A stretch of 51,122 nucleotides of DNA from Myxococcota bacterium (lineage in GTDB: Bacteria; Myxococcota; JACRCW01), in assembly GCA_040752415.1 (NCBI GenBank), contig JBFMGU010000046.1, positions 1 to 51,122 of the forward strand, given 5' to 3'. Every line of letters begins with the position of its first letter. Position 1 is the stretch's first letter. This document shows, in pieces, positions 10,850 to 20,562 of the stretch. A program made the position numbers and the translations under genes. The notes under the pieces were generated by a model. The model saw nothing but the letters and a program-made list of their open reading frames with translations. It was not told the DNA's origin and did no database searches.

Positions 10850-12003
10850 TCTCCGAACCAGCCCGCTTCCTCGTCGCTGCCGGACTCACCCGGGATGCCG
10901 GCCAGGGTGTAGACCTGCACCGCGCCGTCAAAGCCCTTCACGGTCACGGTGCGCGTCTCCCGGATCTGCACCTGGGACTGCACGCGCTCGTAGGTGGTGC
11001 CGGAGATGATGATCTCGCCGCCACGCGCAAAGCCCTGCAGGCGCGCCGCCATGTTCACCGGGCTGCCGATCACGGTGTATTCCATCCGCTCGCCGCTGCC
11101 GAGGGTGCCCAGTGTCGTCGGGCCGGTGCAGATGCCAATGCCAATGCCCACCGGCAGGAAGCCGCGCTCGAACCACGCCACCTTCAGCTCCTCCAGCCGG
11201 TGCTGCATGGCCACCGCGGTGCGCACTGCGCGCATGGCGTGGTCGTCGGTGCCGGGGCGGTCGCCGAAGTAGGCCAGGATGCCGTCGCCCAGGAACTTGT
11301 CCAGCGTGCCGCCGTTGCCAGCGATGATGCGGTTGACCTCGGGCAGGTAGTCGTTGAGCAGGTCGATGGTGTCCTGCGGCTCGTGGAACTCGGTGGCGTC
11401 GGTGAAGCCGCGGATGTCGCTGAAGAGCATGGTCAGCTCTCTTCGCTGCGGCGGCTGGAACGCCCGCCCCTCGCGCACCGCCTCCACCACCGCGGTGGGC
11501 ATGAACCGCGTGAGCGACTGCAAGGTCTCGTTGGCCTCGTCGTAGGCGCGACGCCAGCGCGTGGTGGCATCCTCCGTGGCCTGCAACGCCTCCTGCTGGT
11601 AGCGACACTGGAACTCACTGAGCGCCAGACGCGAGAGCTGCCGCACCCGTCGGATGAGGTCGGAGCGGTCGTAGCGGCCGCGCATCAGCTCCTCGGGGTC
11701 CAGCCCGGGCGGCGCGCTGAAGGGGTCCACCGACTCCAGCACCATGAGCGCCGGGCTGGGATGCACGCGCTGCTCATTGCGCAGCGGCGTGAGGATGGCC
11801 AGGCCCTCCTTTCCGTCGGAGGCCATGATCACCAGCACCGGCGGCGGGGCATCCACCTCGTGCGCGCGGATCCAGCGCAGCGCCTCCTTCCCGTCGGCAA
11901 CGGCGCTGACGCTGATGACGCCCCGCAGCTGCTCCTGCACGTGCGTTCGCACGGAAGCATTGGTGGCCACGAGCAACACCTTGGCGGCCAGGCCCGCCGG
12001 CAT
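10846..12003 (-). CDS. Class III adenylate/guanylate cyclase with a degenerate N-terminal receiver-like domain
   Basis: Motifs LFSDIRGFT, DKFLGDGILA and EYTVIGSPVNMAARLQ. The Lys in DKFLGD suggests ATP specificity. Confidence 0.92.
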   Translation of the reverse strand: MPAGLAAKVLLVATNASVRTHVQEQLRGVISVSAVADGKEALRWIRAHEVDAPPPVLVIMASDGKEGLAILTPLRNEQRVHPSPALMVLESVDPFSAPPGLDPEELMRGRYDRSDLIRRVRQLSRLALSEFQCRYQQEALQATEDATTRWRRAYDEANETLQSLTRFMPTAVVEAVREGRAFQPPQRRELTMLFSDIRGFTDATEFHEPQDTIDLLNDYLPEVNRIIAGNGGTLDKFLGDGILAYFGDRPGTDDHAMRAVRTAVAMQHRLEELKVAWFERGFLPVGIGIGICTGPTTLGTLGSGERMEYTVIGSPVNMAARLQGFARGGEIIISGTTYERVQSQVQIRETRTVTVKGFDGAVQVYTLAGIPGESGSDEEAGWFGE

Positions 12004-12089
12004 CTCCAGGGTGTCTCTGTCAGGGGAGCGGGACGTGGCGGACTCCGCGAGCGTTTAGGCGGGAACTATGCCGCCCCGATGCTGAAGGC

Positions 12090-12302
12090 TCAAGGCGTGT
12101 CGCAGCAACCACACACGATCTCGGTGCCTCCGTCGCCCCGGGCGGGGCCGCCGTCGGCGTCGGCGCGCGCGGTGTCGCATCCGCTCTTGTTGTAGCAGGC
12201 GTGCCATTCCGGGTGGACCTCCTCCAGGCACGGGTCCCGGAACGTGGAGGGACAGGCGGAGAAGATGAGCAGCGCTGTTGCCACGACGCCAAGACGAACC
12301 AT
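12090..12302 (-). CDS. Small Cys-rich lipoprotein (70 aa)
   Basis: MVRLGVVATALLIFSAC lipobox-like signal with 7 Cys in total and a DGG..DGG linker typical of myxobacterial lipoproteins. Confidence 0.5.
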   Translation of the reverse strand: MVRLGVVATALLIFSACPSTFRDPCLEEVHPEWHACYNKSGCDTARADADGGPARGDGGTEIVCGCCDTP

Positions 12303-12623
12303 CACCACTCCCACCGCCCCGACGAGCCCACGTGAGCCTGCCCTCATCCGCGGCAGCACTGTCAAGCGCAGCGCCTCTGGAGCAACCCACACGTCCGACA
12401 CCACGGGCGACAACGTGCTCTCCGGAATTGCCGTCAGCGGTGCTCGTCGGTGGAGGAGCCGTGACGGGTAGGTTGAGGGGCATCTTGTTCAGACGCAGCA
12501 GCCCCTTACCAGAGGGATCCGGGACGCCACGGTGTCTGGCCCAGGTGCCTCCCGGATAAGCCCAAGCATCTCCTGGAACTTGAGCTTGCCGTCCCCCGAC
12601 AGCAATGCCGGCTTACCCGACTT

Positions 12624-12906
12624 GGGCGCGGCTCTTCTGGGACGACGCCCTGCACTCCCTGCCCATGAGATTGGCAGGCAACAATAGGACAAGTCCTGCT
12701 CACGACGATGCTGTGGGACCCGTTTCGCAGGACTAACAGTGAGTGGCTCGGTGCTCGGTCGTCCCTCGCCGCCCGCACGCCTCTTCCAGGGGCAGTCCTG
12801 CGAATCGACACCGCGGCCGAGAGGTGAGCAGGACTTGACCGATTCTGGTTGCCTGCCAATCTCATTGGCAGGGAGTGCAGGGCATCGTCCCAGAAGAGCC
12901 GTGCCC
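12624..12906. mobile_element. MITE-like non-autonomous element, 283 bp, with 59-bp terminal inverted repeats and a 9-bp target-site duplication
   Basis: 12624-12682 is the reverse complement of 12848-12906 with 3 mismatches. ACCCGACTT flanks both ends (12615-12623 and 12907-12915). Inner inverted repeats are 12690-12703/12824-12837 and TTCGCAGGACT/AGTCCTGCGAA. Confidence 0.85.
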
Positions 12907-13056
12907 ACCCGACTTGCCCGGGGGACTCGCCGCGGCCTTCTTCCCCGGTTTCTTCGGCTTCACACCGGTTCCCTGCTTACCGCGTCCAACGGCAGCATCT
13001 CCGTGTTCGCGCACTGAGTTTGCGCGCGAATAGCTCCTGTCGGGATTGCCGCCTGA

Positions 13057-13770
13057 TCAGCAGCACTTCACGTCCTCCCAGGCCAGGGCGAATTCGTCCA
13101 GCGCCGGCACCATGGCGAGGGCGATGGCGACGCTGGCCACGAGAAACGCCGCAGCCACGACCCACCCCTGGGAACCGCCACGCACCCACTCAATTCGTAC
13201 CGACCCGTGCCACCCGCACGAGGCGAGATGCGCGACGATGACGAGAAAGGCCCACAGGATCCCGACATTGGACCAGGGTGACGCCCACCACGGAATCGTG
13301 GGGAACCAGGGAGAACCAAGGTTGTGGGCGAGCACCAGCGTGCCGAGGACGGTCGTCGGCCAGAGGAGCGCGTGACAGAGGAGAGCTTCGTGCATGTCTG
13401 AGCGGCCCCGCGCCCAGCAGTGAGAACAAAGTGTTGCGTGTTTCTCCCGCGCACCGCGTGCACAGAGGAGGTTCCATGACAGCAGCGTCACAATCGCCAA
13501 GCAGCGAATGACACTGGCCACGCTCGCCGGGTCCCAATCTGGCTGACAGCGGGGCCGTGGCCAAGAGGCCAACATGAAGATCCGCGCGACGAGCACGACG
13601 CAAACCAGGGTGGCGAGCACAGTGACGTATGCCCACGTCGGCGCGGTCACGTGCAACCAATGCCGGCGCACTGCAATCCGATCAGCGCAACCCGCGCACG
13701 GCTCCTGGCGGGACAACTCGCCACGGTCCGTGGCGACCGCTGTCGACGTGGCGAAGAAGCGTGGCTCCAT
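13057..13770 (-). CDS. Hypothetical multi-pass membrane protein with CxxC motifs
   Basis: Several hydrophobic segments plus CAGC and CSHC. Codon usage is atypical. Confidence 0.45.
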   Translation of the reverse strand: MEPRFFATSTAVATDRGELSRQEPCAGCADRIAVRRHWLHVTAPTWAYVTVLATLVCVVLVARIFMLASWPRPRCQPDWDPASVASVIRCLAIVTLLSWNLLCARGAREKHATLCSHCWARGRSDMHEALLCHALLWPTTVLGTLVLAHNLGSPWFPTIPWWASPWSNVGILWAFLVIVAHLASCGWHGSVRIEWVRGGSQGWVVAAAFLVASVAIALAMVPALDEFALAWEDVKCC

Positions 13771-13848
13771 CCTTGGGGTAACGTCGTGGGCTCCAATCGG
13801 TATTCCGGCAGTCTCGCCGCGAATGTCCTCGCGACACCGGACCTCTCC

Positions 13849-14532
13849 TCACGAGTTCTCGTCGGGAACGGGCAGCTCCACCCACGCGCCGGCGGCGGTG
13901 AGCAACAGTGTCGTGACCGGTCGCAAGAGCAACACGCCCACGCCGGCCAGGCCCAATCCCAAGGCCCACGGCAGCACTTCCGGCGACGTCAGGCTGCGCA
14001 TGGGTGCCGCGCGCCACCAACGTCCCATCAGCACCTGGCCCAGCATGAGCAGGGTCACGGTGGGCACCACCATCGCCGTCGTGGCGAGCACCACCGCGGC
14101 CATGCCCGGTCGACTGTGCCGCACGACCCACCCGCTCATCAGCGCGAATCCCGCCGCATCCAGCACGGCCGCCAACGCCATGCGCATGGGCACGGTGTAG
14201 AGCAGCAACAACCACAACCACAGCCCGGTGTCCCGCCCCGCGGCGCCCCAGTCGACGTCGGGAAGCGGCGGAAAGCCCACCTGCGCGCCCAACCGCCCCA
14301 GCGCCAGCGCATACACCACCACCAGCCCCACGCCGGTCCCCACCACACCCAGCGCCACCGCGGCCGCCGTCCCCACCGCGCTGGCCAGGAGCGCGCGCTT
14401 CACCGCGTCGGGGATGGGCTCTCCCTCGTGCTCCCGCACGTCGACGGGCACGGGCTCCGGCGGGTACCCCTCGTCCAGGTCCGCGACGGGCGTCCCGGAG
14501 AGCAGCAGCAGCACCGCCAGGGAGGCCAGCAT
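13849..14532 (-). CDS. Hypothetical membrane protein
   Basis: Signal-like N-terminus and several TM helices. Starts 3 bp after the esterase stop. Confidence 0.65.
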   Translation of the reverse strand: MLASLAVLLLLSGTPVADLDEGYPPEPVPVDVREHEGEPIPDAVKRALLASAVGTAAAVALGVVGTGVGLVVVYALALGRLGAQVGFPPLPDVDWGAAGRDTGLWLWLLLLYTVPMRMALAAVLDAAGFALMSGWVVRHSRPGMAAVVLATTAMVVPTVTLLMLGQVLMGRWWRAAPMRSLTSPEVLPWALGLGLAGVGVLLLRPVTTLLLTAAGAWVELPVPDENS

Positions 14533-14535
14533 GGC

Positions 14536-15861
14536 TCACAACCCGCTCGGGTAGGTCTCGGCCGGCTCCGCCTCCAACCACAGCCCGGCGCGGTCCAACG
14601 GATCCACCGCCCGCGTCTCATCGAAGTGGATGACGACGTCAAACTGGCGCGGCAGCGTGGCGTGGAAGTAGTGGCTCGCACGCTCGCTGTCGGGCCGGTA
14701 GACCACGCCAATGGCGCGTTCCAGCCGGGATGGCATCAGCGCTGCCTCCGCCTCGCCCTGCATGACCACGGCAAAGCTGGGAATGCCGGTGAGGTGGAAC
14801 GCGTCCTCGTAGCTGTTGGCCAGCGCCGGGCGCACCACCTTGTGCTGCACGTTCGCGTCCCAGTTGTCGGCGGCGGCCACCATGCCGTGGTGGGTGGTGA
14901 AGCCCAGGATGACCACGTCATCACCGTGGCGCTCCCGCGTCAGCTGGCCCACGTTCCACTCCCCGCCCTCGCCCTGCTCGGTGGCGCGCGCGTCGCCCAC
15001 GTGGCTGTTGTGCTCCCACACCGCGATCTTCGCGCGGCCAAACCTCGTCGTGAGATGGGCCATGAGCGCGTCCAGCGTGTCGGTCATGTGCTGGTCGCGC
15101 AGGTTCCAACCGGAGACGCGTCCGCCCATCATGGTGCGGTAGTAGTGCTCCGCGTTCACCGTCACGCGCGCGTTCTGCACGGCGTCAAACAGCTCCTCCC
15201 CGTCGAGGGTGCGCTGCTGCAGCTCGATGAGCTGGGCCACCACCTCGTCCTGGCAGGAGGGATGCGTGCCCCAGAAGACGCCGCGCGCGTAGTGGTGCGC
15301 CTCGTCGCCAAACCGCTCGAAGCAGGCGTAGCGCTCCTCCGCGCGTTCCGCCGCAGCGGGGTCGGCTCGTCGGAGATAGCCCAGCACCTCCTCCATGGAG
15401 CGGTAGAGGCTGTAGAGGTCCAGTCCGTAGAAGCCCACGCGGTCGTCGGGCGGGAGCACGTCGTTGTGGTGGCGCAGCCACTGGATCAGCTCCAGCATCT
15501 CGGCGTTGCGCCACATCCAGCGCGGGAAGCGGATGAAGTCGCGCAGCGCGGCCTCGGGGTCGTTGGCGTTGCCCTCGCCGCGGACGTAGCGGTTGATGCG
15601 CATGGCGTCGGGCCAGTCCGCCTCCACGGCAATGGCGTTGAAGCCCTTCTCACGGATCAGTCGACGACACAGCTCGGCGCGCGTCCGGTAGAACTCATGC
15701 GTGCCGTGCGTGGCCTCGCCCATCAGCACCAGCGAGGCGTCGCCCACCCTTCTGAGGAACGCCTCCGCCACCGCACCGCGCGCGTCCCGCACCACCACGT
15801 CCCCCAGGCGGTGCGCCAACGTCAGCGTGGACGAACGGGTGGGCTGATGGAACAGGCCCAT
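14536..15861 (-). CDS. Erythromycin esterase family protein
   Basis: Motifs LMGEATHGTHEFY, AVEADWPDA, FPRWMWRN, FYGLDLYSL, WNLRDQHM, WEHNSHVGDARA and ERAIGVVYRP. GGAGG RBS before the ATG at 15861. Confidence 0.93.
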   Translation of the reverse strand: MGLFHQPTRSSTLTLAHRLGDVVVRDARGAVAEAFLRRVGDASLVLMGEATHGTHEFYRTRAELCRRLIREKGFNAIAVEADWPDAMRINRYVRGEGNANDPEAALRDFIRFPRWMWRNAEMLELIQWLRHHNDVLPPDDRVGFYGLDLYSLYRSMEEVLGYLRRADPAAAERAEERYACFERFGDEAHHYARGVFWGTHPSCQDEVVAQLIELQQRTLDGEELFDAVQNARVTVNAEHYYRTMMGGRVSGWNLRDQHMTDTLDALMAHLTTRFGRAKIAVWEHNSHVGDARATEQGEGGEWNVGQLTRERHGDDVVILGFTTHHGMVAAADNWDANVQHKVVRPALANSYEDAFHLTGIPSFAVVMQGEAEAALMPSRLERAIGVVYRPDSERASHYFHATLPRQFDVVIHFDETRAVDPLDRAGLWLEAEPAETYPSGL

Positions 15862-16156
15862 GGTTGCCTCCACGACGTGCTCCGTCGTCCAACCGATATA
15901 GACAACCGCCCGCCGCCCGACCGGAGCCCGTCCAAGCCCGCGTGAGGTGGGGGGCGCAGGCGCCAGCCAGAGTGGGGGGAGCGGGCTCCACCTCGGCGTG
16001 ACTGGGGTCACCCCGCCCCACGTGCTCGACGGATGCGACACCCCGGAATCCGCATCCCGCCCTCGGCGTTCCCTCCGCACCCGAGGGGAGCGGCGCTGGA
16101 TCGCTCCTTGCTTTGACGGATCCGCGGCGGGGCGCCAACAACCAAGGACGGGAACC

Positions 16157-16474
16157 ATGTCAATGGGAACGACGCGGCGACGCTACCTGGAAGACCGGAT
16201 TGTCTACTGCGCCAACTGCGACGCCAATCGGCTGTTGTCGTCGAACGCGTCGGGGCCGGTGTGCGCGGTGTGCCAGTCCATCCACTGGATGTACCTGCCG
16301 CAGGCGCTGCCCCAGACGCTGGCGGCGCGCGCGGTGGCTCCGGTGGCGGCGGCGCCGGGTGCGGTGGCGGCCTTCATCGAGAAGGTGGTGGAGCTCAGCG
16401 ACGCACGCCTGCGCCCCATTGCCGAGAAGGTGGTGGAGCTGAGCAGTCCGCGGCTGCGCCCCGTCGTGGGTTGA
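16157..16474 (+). CDS. Small hypothetical Zn-ribbon protein
   Basis: CANC...CAVC pair, AAGGA-type RBS upstream and a C-terminal 15-aa tandem repeat. Confidence 0.6.
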   Translation: MSMGTTRRRYLEDRIVYCANCDANRLLSSNASGPVCAVCQSIHWMYLPQALPQTLAARAVAPVAAAPGAVAAFIEKVVELSDARLRPIAEKVVELSSPRLRPVVG

Positions 16475-16517
16475 GGCGCAGACCCGGAGCACTGGCCGCG
16501 GGCGGGGGTCTTGGCGC

Positions 16518-17351
16518 ATGGTGCGCGTCATGACCCGCAACAAGAAAACCGGCGTGTCGCTGGCGCGGCAGGCCGACCGCTACGCGCTGTACCAGGAGTC
16601 GGTCCAGGAACCCGAGCACGAGGTGCGCTTCTTCCAGCGCGCTTTCAAGGACGCCTACGCCCGTCCTCCGCTGGTGCTGCGGGAGGACTTCTGCGGCACC
16701 GCCGCCATCTGCGCGGAGTGGGTGCGCTCCCATGCGCAGCACCAGGCCCTGGGCGTGGACCTCGACGACGAGCCGCTGCGCTGGGGCGAGGCGAACAACC
16801 AGAAGGATCTCACCCCGCAGCAGCGCGCGCGCATCCGCCTGGTCCGTGACGACGCGCGCTCGGTCTCCCCGGTGAAGGCCGACGTGGTGGCGGCGCAGAA
16901 CTTCTCCTTCTACCTGTTCAAGACGCGGGACAGCCTGCGGGACTACTTCCGGGCCGCGCACCAAAACCTCAAGGACGAGGGTGTGCTGGTGCTGGACATG
17001 ATGGGCGGCGCGGACTTCCAGGACGAGGACAGCGCACAGGCGCGCAAGCAGCGCGGGTTCACCTACGTCTGGGAGCAGAAGCGCTTCGACCCCATCACCA
17101 ACGACGTGCTCTTCTACATCCACTTCCGCTTCCCCGACGGGAGCGAGCTGCCGCGTGCCTTCGAGTACGACTGGCGTCTGTGGAGCATCCCCGAGGTGCG
17201 CGAGCTGATGGCGGAAGCCGGCTTCACCCGCAGCGAGGTCTACTGGGGCGAGACCGACAAGCAGACCGGCAAGAGCAATGGGCTGTACAAGCGTCGTCAG
17301 CACGCGCCCGCGGACCCGGCGTGGCTGGCGTACATCGTCGGGGTGAAGTGA
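16518..17351 (+). CDS. Class I SAM-dependent methyltransferase
   Basis: Motifs DRYALYQESVQ, LREDFCGTA, GVDLD, AQNFS and FEYDWRLWSIPEVRE. Confidence 0.88.
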   Translation: MVRVMTRNKKTGVSLARQADRYALYQESVQEPEHEVRFFQRAFKDAYARPPLVLREDFCGTAAICAEWVRSHAQHQALGVDLDDEPLRWGEANNQKDLTPQQRARIRLVRDDARSVSPVKADVVAAQNFSFYLFKTRDSLRDYFRAAHQNLKDEGVLVLDMMGGADFQDEDSAQARKQRGFTYVWEQKRFDPITNDVLFYIHFRFPDGSELPRAFEYDWRLWSIPEVRELMAEAGFTRSEVYWGETDKQTGKSNGLYKRRQHAPADPAWLAYIVGVK

Positions 17352-17370
17352 GACGGCGAAGACCCCAGAC

Positions 17371-17400
17371 CCAGGGGCTGCGTCCTGGCGCAGCCCCTGG
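17371..17400. terminator. Perfect 12-bp hairpin between convergent genes (terminator or REP-like)
   Basis: CCAGGGGCTGCG-tcctgg-CGCAGCCCCTGG. Confidence 0.55.
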
Positions 17401-17404
17401 AAAC

Positions 17405-17620
17405 CTAGGCCTGGGTGTTCGCCGGCACGATGTTCACCGTCTCCGTCTCCGGGTCGAACGTGAGTTTCGCCTCGCCCCGCCGGAGCATGCGCCGCACGTC
17501 GGCCACCTTCTGCTCCAGCGACCACTCCCCGTGGCCGTAGTCGGTGCCCTCGCGCGTCACGAACTCCTCGATCACGCGGGTGAGCACGTCGGGCGGCAGG
17601 CGGTCGGGGGGAATCTCCAT
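17405..17620 (-). CDS. yheU: YheU family protein
   Basis: [13 protein letters not shown]...[30 protein letters not shown] matches the family pattern. Confidence 0.9.
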   Translation of the reverse strand: MEIPPDRLPPDVLTRVIEEFVTREGTDYGHGEWSLEQKVADVRRMLRRGEAKLTFDPETETVNIVPANTQA

Positions 17621-17726
17621 GACCGCGGACTACCACGTCGCGCCCTCGTCGTCCGCCCGTCGGTTGACCCCGGCCCGGCGAGGGCCGCACTGTGCGCCCA
17701 CGCCAAAGACCTCGTCGGGTGGACAG

Positions 17727-19421
17727 ATGACCTATGACCTCAAGCCCATGAAGGCACCGCGCGCCGCGGGCCCGCTGCTCCGCGTGTTGTGCGCCGCGGT
17801 GGAGAACCCCGTCACCGTGGCCGCGCTGGCCAACAAGCTCCTCGGCGACGCCGGCATCCTCGCCATGCGCCAGGCCAAGACGCATGACCCGCTGCAACTG
17901 GTGCCGCCCGGCGTCAGCAACCACGCGCTCCCCGCCATGCAGCCGGAGCAGCCGCCCGTCGACGTCCACGCGCTCGCCGCCACGCCGCCCGCCCGCACCG
18001 AGGGCTTCCGCTTCGAGACCATCTCCGACTTCACCGCGGCCTACCGCGAGGGACGTCGCACGCCCGAGCTGGTGGCCCAGCGGGTCATCTCCGCCACGCG
18101 CGCCGGGGAGGACCGCAGCCCGCGCATGCGCACCTTCATTGCCCAGGACGCGGAGGACATCCTGCGCCAGGCGCGCGCGTCGACGGAACGCTGGCGCGTG
18201 GGCAAGCCGCTGGGTCCGCTGGACGGCGTGCCGGTGGCCATCAAGGACGAGCTGGACATGAAGCCCTACCCCACCACGGTGGGCACGGCCTTCCTCGGTC
18301 GCACCCCGGCGCAAGACGACGCCACGCCGGTGGCCCGGCTGCGCGCCATGGGCGCGGTGCTCATCGGCAAGACCAACATGCACGAGATGGGGCTCGGCGT
18401 GACCGGGCTCAATCCCGTGCACGGGGCGGCGCGCAATCCGTACGACCCGGGTCGCGCCACCGGCGGTTCCTCGTCGGGGACGGCGGCCGCGGTGGCCGCG
18501 GGGCTGTGTCCGCTGGCCATTGGCGCGGACGGCGGTGGCTCCATCCGCATTCCCTCCGGGCTGTGCGGTGTCGTCGGGCTGAAGGCCACCTTCGGGCGCG
18601 TGAGTGAGCATGGCGCGGCGGAGCTGTGCTGGTCGGTGGCGCACGTGGGACCCATTGCCGCGTCGGTGACTGACTGTGCGCTGGGCTACGTCGCCGTGGC
18701 GGGACCGGACCCCAGGGACCCCGGCACGCAGCGTCAGCCCGCGGTGCACCTTGCCGACTGGGACAACCTGGACCTGCACGGCCTGCGCGTGGGTGTCTAT
18801 CCGCCGTGGTTCAAGGACGCCGAGCCCGACGTGGTGAAGGCCTGCCAGCGCGGGCTGGACATCCTCAAGGACGCGGGCGCGTCCATCGTCGAGGTGGAGA
18901 TCCCGGAGCTGGGCCTGCTGCAGTCGGTGCACCTCGTCACCATCCTCTCGGAGATGGCCGCCGCGCACCTGCACCACTACGAGAACCACCGCGAAGCCTA
19001 TGGCCTGGACACACGCGTGAACCTGGCGCTGGCCCGTCAGCTCACCGGCTATGACTACACCCACGCCCAGCGCCTGCGCGTGCGCCTCAACGGCCATTTC
19101 TCGTCGGTGTTTGGGCGCGTGGACGTGTTGTGCACGCCCACCACCGGGCGCACCGCGCCGCCGCTCCTCGCCGACGCGCTGCAGACCGGTGAGTCCAACC
19201 TCCCCGTGACCGGACAGATCCTGCGCTTCGCGCTGCCCGCGAATCTCACCGGTGCTCCCGCGCTCTCCGTGCCCGTGGGCTACGACGCCATGGGGCTTCC
19301 CGTGGGCCTGCAGCTCATGGGGCGTGCGTGGGAGGAGCACCTGTTGTTGCGCGTGGGTCGCGTGGTGGAGCGCCGCGTCGAGGCCAAGCCGCCCCAGGCG
19401 CATCACCGTCTCCTCGCGTGA
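17727..19421 (+). CDS. Amidase signature family protein (fatty-acid amide hydrolase-like)
   Basis: Motifs LDGVPVAIKD, GKTNMHEMG, TGGSSSG and GADGGGSIRIP. Confidence 0.92.
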   Translation: MTYDLKPMKAPRAAGPLLRVLCAAVENPVTVAALANKLLGDAGILAMRQAKTHDPLQLVPPGVSNHALPAMQPEQPPVDVHALAATPPARTEGFRFETISDFTAAYREGRRTPELVAQRVISATRAGEDRSPRMRTFIAQDAEDILRQARASTERWRVGKPLGPLDGVPVAIKDELDMKPYPTTVGTAFLGRTPAQDDATPVARLRAMGAVLIGKTNMHEMGLGVTGLNPVHGAARNPYDPGRATGGSSSGTAAAVAAGLCPLAIGADGGGSIRIPSGLCGVVGLKATFGRVSEHGAAELCWSVAHVGPIAASVTDCALGYVAVAGPDPRDPGTQRQPAVHLADWDNLDLHGLRVGVYPPWFKDAEPDVVKACQRGLDILKDAGASIVEVEIPELGLLQSVHLVTILSEMAAAHLHHYENHREAYGLDTRVNLALARQLTGYDYTHAQRLRVRLNGHFSSVFGRVDVLCTPTTGRTAPPLLADALQTGESNLPVTGQILRFALPANLTGAPALSVPVGYDAMGLPVGLQLMGRAWEEHLLLRVGRVVERRVEAKPPQAHHRLLA

Positions 19422-19600
19422 CACCCGGTTGTTGGCACCCTCTCCGTCGGGTGGCGGGTTGCCAACGCCGATTCGCTCTGACATAGGGCCAACGTTCTGC
19501 CCTTGCAGGGCATGCAAGCCACGCAGAGCACGACCCGCTCATGTTGGGTGGGCGTTGAACGGGTGCAGGACGTGCGCCCGTCGGAAAGCAAGTCAGGAAG

Positions 19601-19804
19601 ATGCCTATCGGTACCGTGAAGTGGTTCAATGATGCCAAGGGGTTCGGGTTCATTGCTCGGGAGGGCGGGCCCGACGTCTTCGTCCACTACAGCGCCATCA
19701 ACATGGATGGTTTCAAGACGCTGCAGGAAGGGCAGAAGGTCGAGTTTGACGTGGTTCCCGGCAAGAAGGGTGAGCAGGCGCAGAACGTCCGCGCTGCCCG
19801 CTGA
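19601..19804 (+). CDS. Cold-shock protein (CspA family)
   Basis: [15 protein letters not shown] and DVFVHYSAI (RNP1/RNP2). Confidence 0.97.
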   Translation: MPIGTVKWFNDAKGFGFIAREGGPDVFVHYSAINMDGFKTLQEGQKVEFDVVPGKKGEQAQNVRAAR

Positions 19805-19830
19805 CCGCTGACCCGTCTCGAGATCACGAG

Positions 19831-19866
19831 AGCCCTCCGCTGGTACCGCCCGCGGGGGGCTTTTTC
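19831..19866 (+). terminator. Rho-independent terminator
   Basis: GCCCTCCGC...GCGGGGGGC stem followed by TTTTT. Confidence 0.75.
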
Positions 19867-19883
19867 GTTCGACTTCGTCTCCC

Positions 19884-20495
19884 TTATTCCGCGCGGGAGC
19901 GCTTGAACGCCGGCCGCTCCAGCATGCGCGTGCAGTAGGCCTCCACGTTCGGGAAATCCCGGGTTGGCTCCAGCCGCCGCGACCAGGTGGCCACCGAGCC
20001 CATCACCACGTCCGCCGCGCTGAAGCGGTTGCCCACGAAGTACTCCCGCCCGGCCAGCGCGCCCTCCAGCACGCCGTAGACCTGCCGCAGCCGCGCCCGC
20101 GCCTTCTCGACGATGTGCGGCACCCGCTCCGCCTCCGGGAAGAGCACGGTGTGCTTGTGGAGGTCGTAGACCGCGGGCTCGAAGGTGGCCATGCCGAAGA
20201 GGATCCACTGGTAGTACGCGGCACGCTCCGGGCTGCCCACCGGCGGGGCCAGCTCCTTCTCGGGGAACTTGTCGGCCAGGTGCAGGATGATCGCCGCGGA
20301 CTCGAAGATCGGCATCTCTCCGTCGACGAGCGTGGGCATGAAGCCCATGGGATTGAGCTTGAGATAGTCCGGCTTCTTGTGCTCCCCGGCCTTCAGGTCC
20401 ACGCGCTGGAGCTCGTAGGGGACGCCCAGCTCCTCGAGGAGCCAGCGGGGACGGGTGGAGCGGGTCTGGGGCGCATAATAGAGTTTGAGGGACAT
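19884..20495 (-). CDS. Glutathione S-transferase family protein
   Basis: Motifs RSTRPRWLLEELGVPYEL, YLKLNPMG..PTL, FESAAI and FSAADV. Confidence 0.95.
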   Translation of the reverse strand: MSLKLYYAPQTRSTRPRWLLEELGVPYELQRVDLKAGEHKKPDYLKLNPMGFMPTLVDGEMPIFESAAIILHLADKFPEKELAPPVGSPERAAYYQWILFGMATFEPAVYDLHKHTVLFPEAERVPHIVEKARARLRQVYGVLEGALAGREYFVGNRFSAADVVMGSVATWSRRLEPTRDFPNVEAYCTRMLERPAFKRSRAE

Positions 20496-20562
20496 GTTTC
20501 CTCTCCATTTCGTGTGGCGCCCTGGTAACCACGTCGGGCGCGCGCTTCAAGCGGAGGCCGTG

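Noticed and set aside
14536..15861. Erythromycin esterase as evidence of an antibiotic-resistance island
   Set aside because: It belongs to the widespread chromosomal Ere-like family, has host-like codon usage and has no linked integron or transposase.
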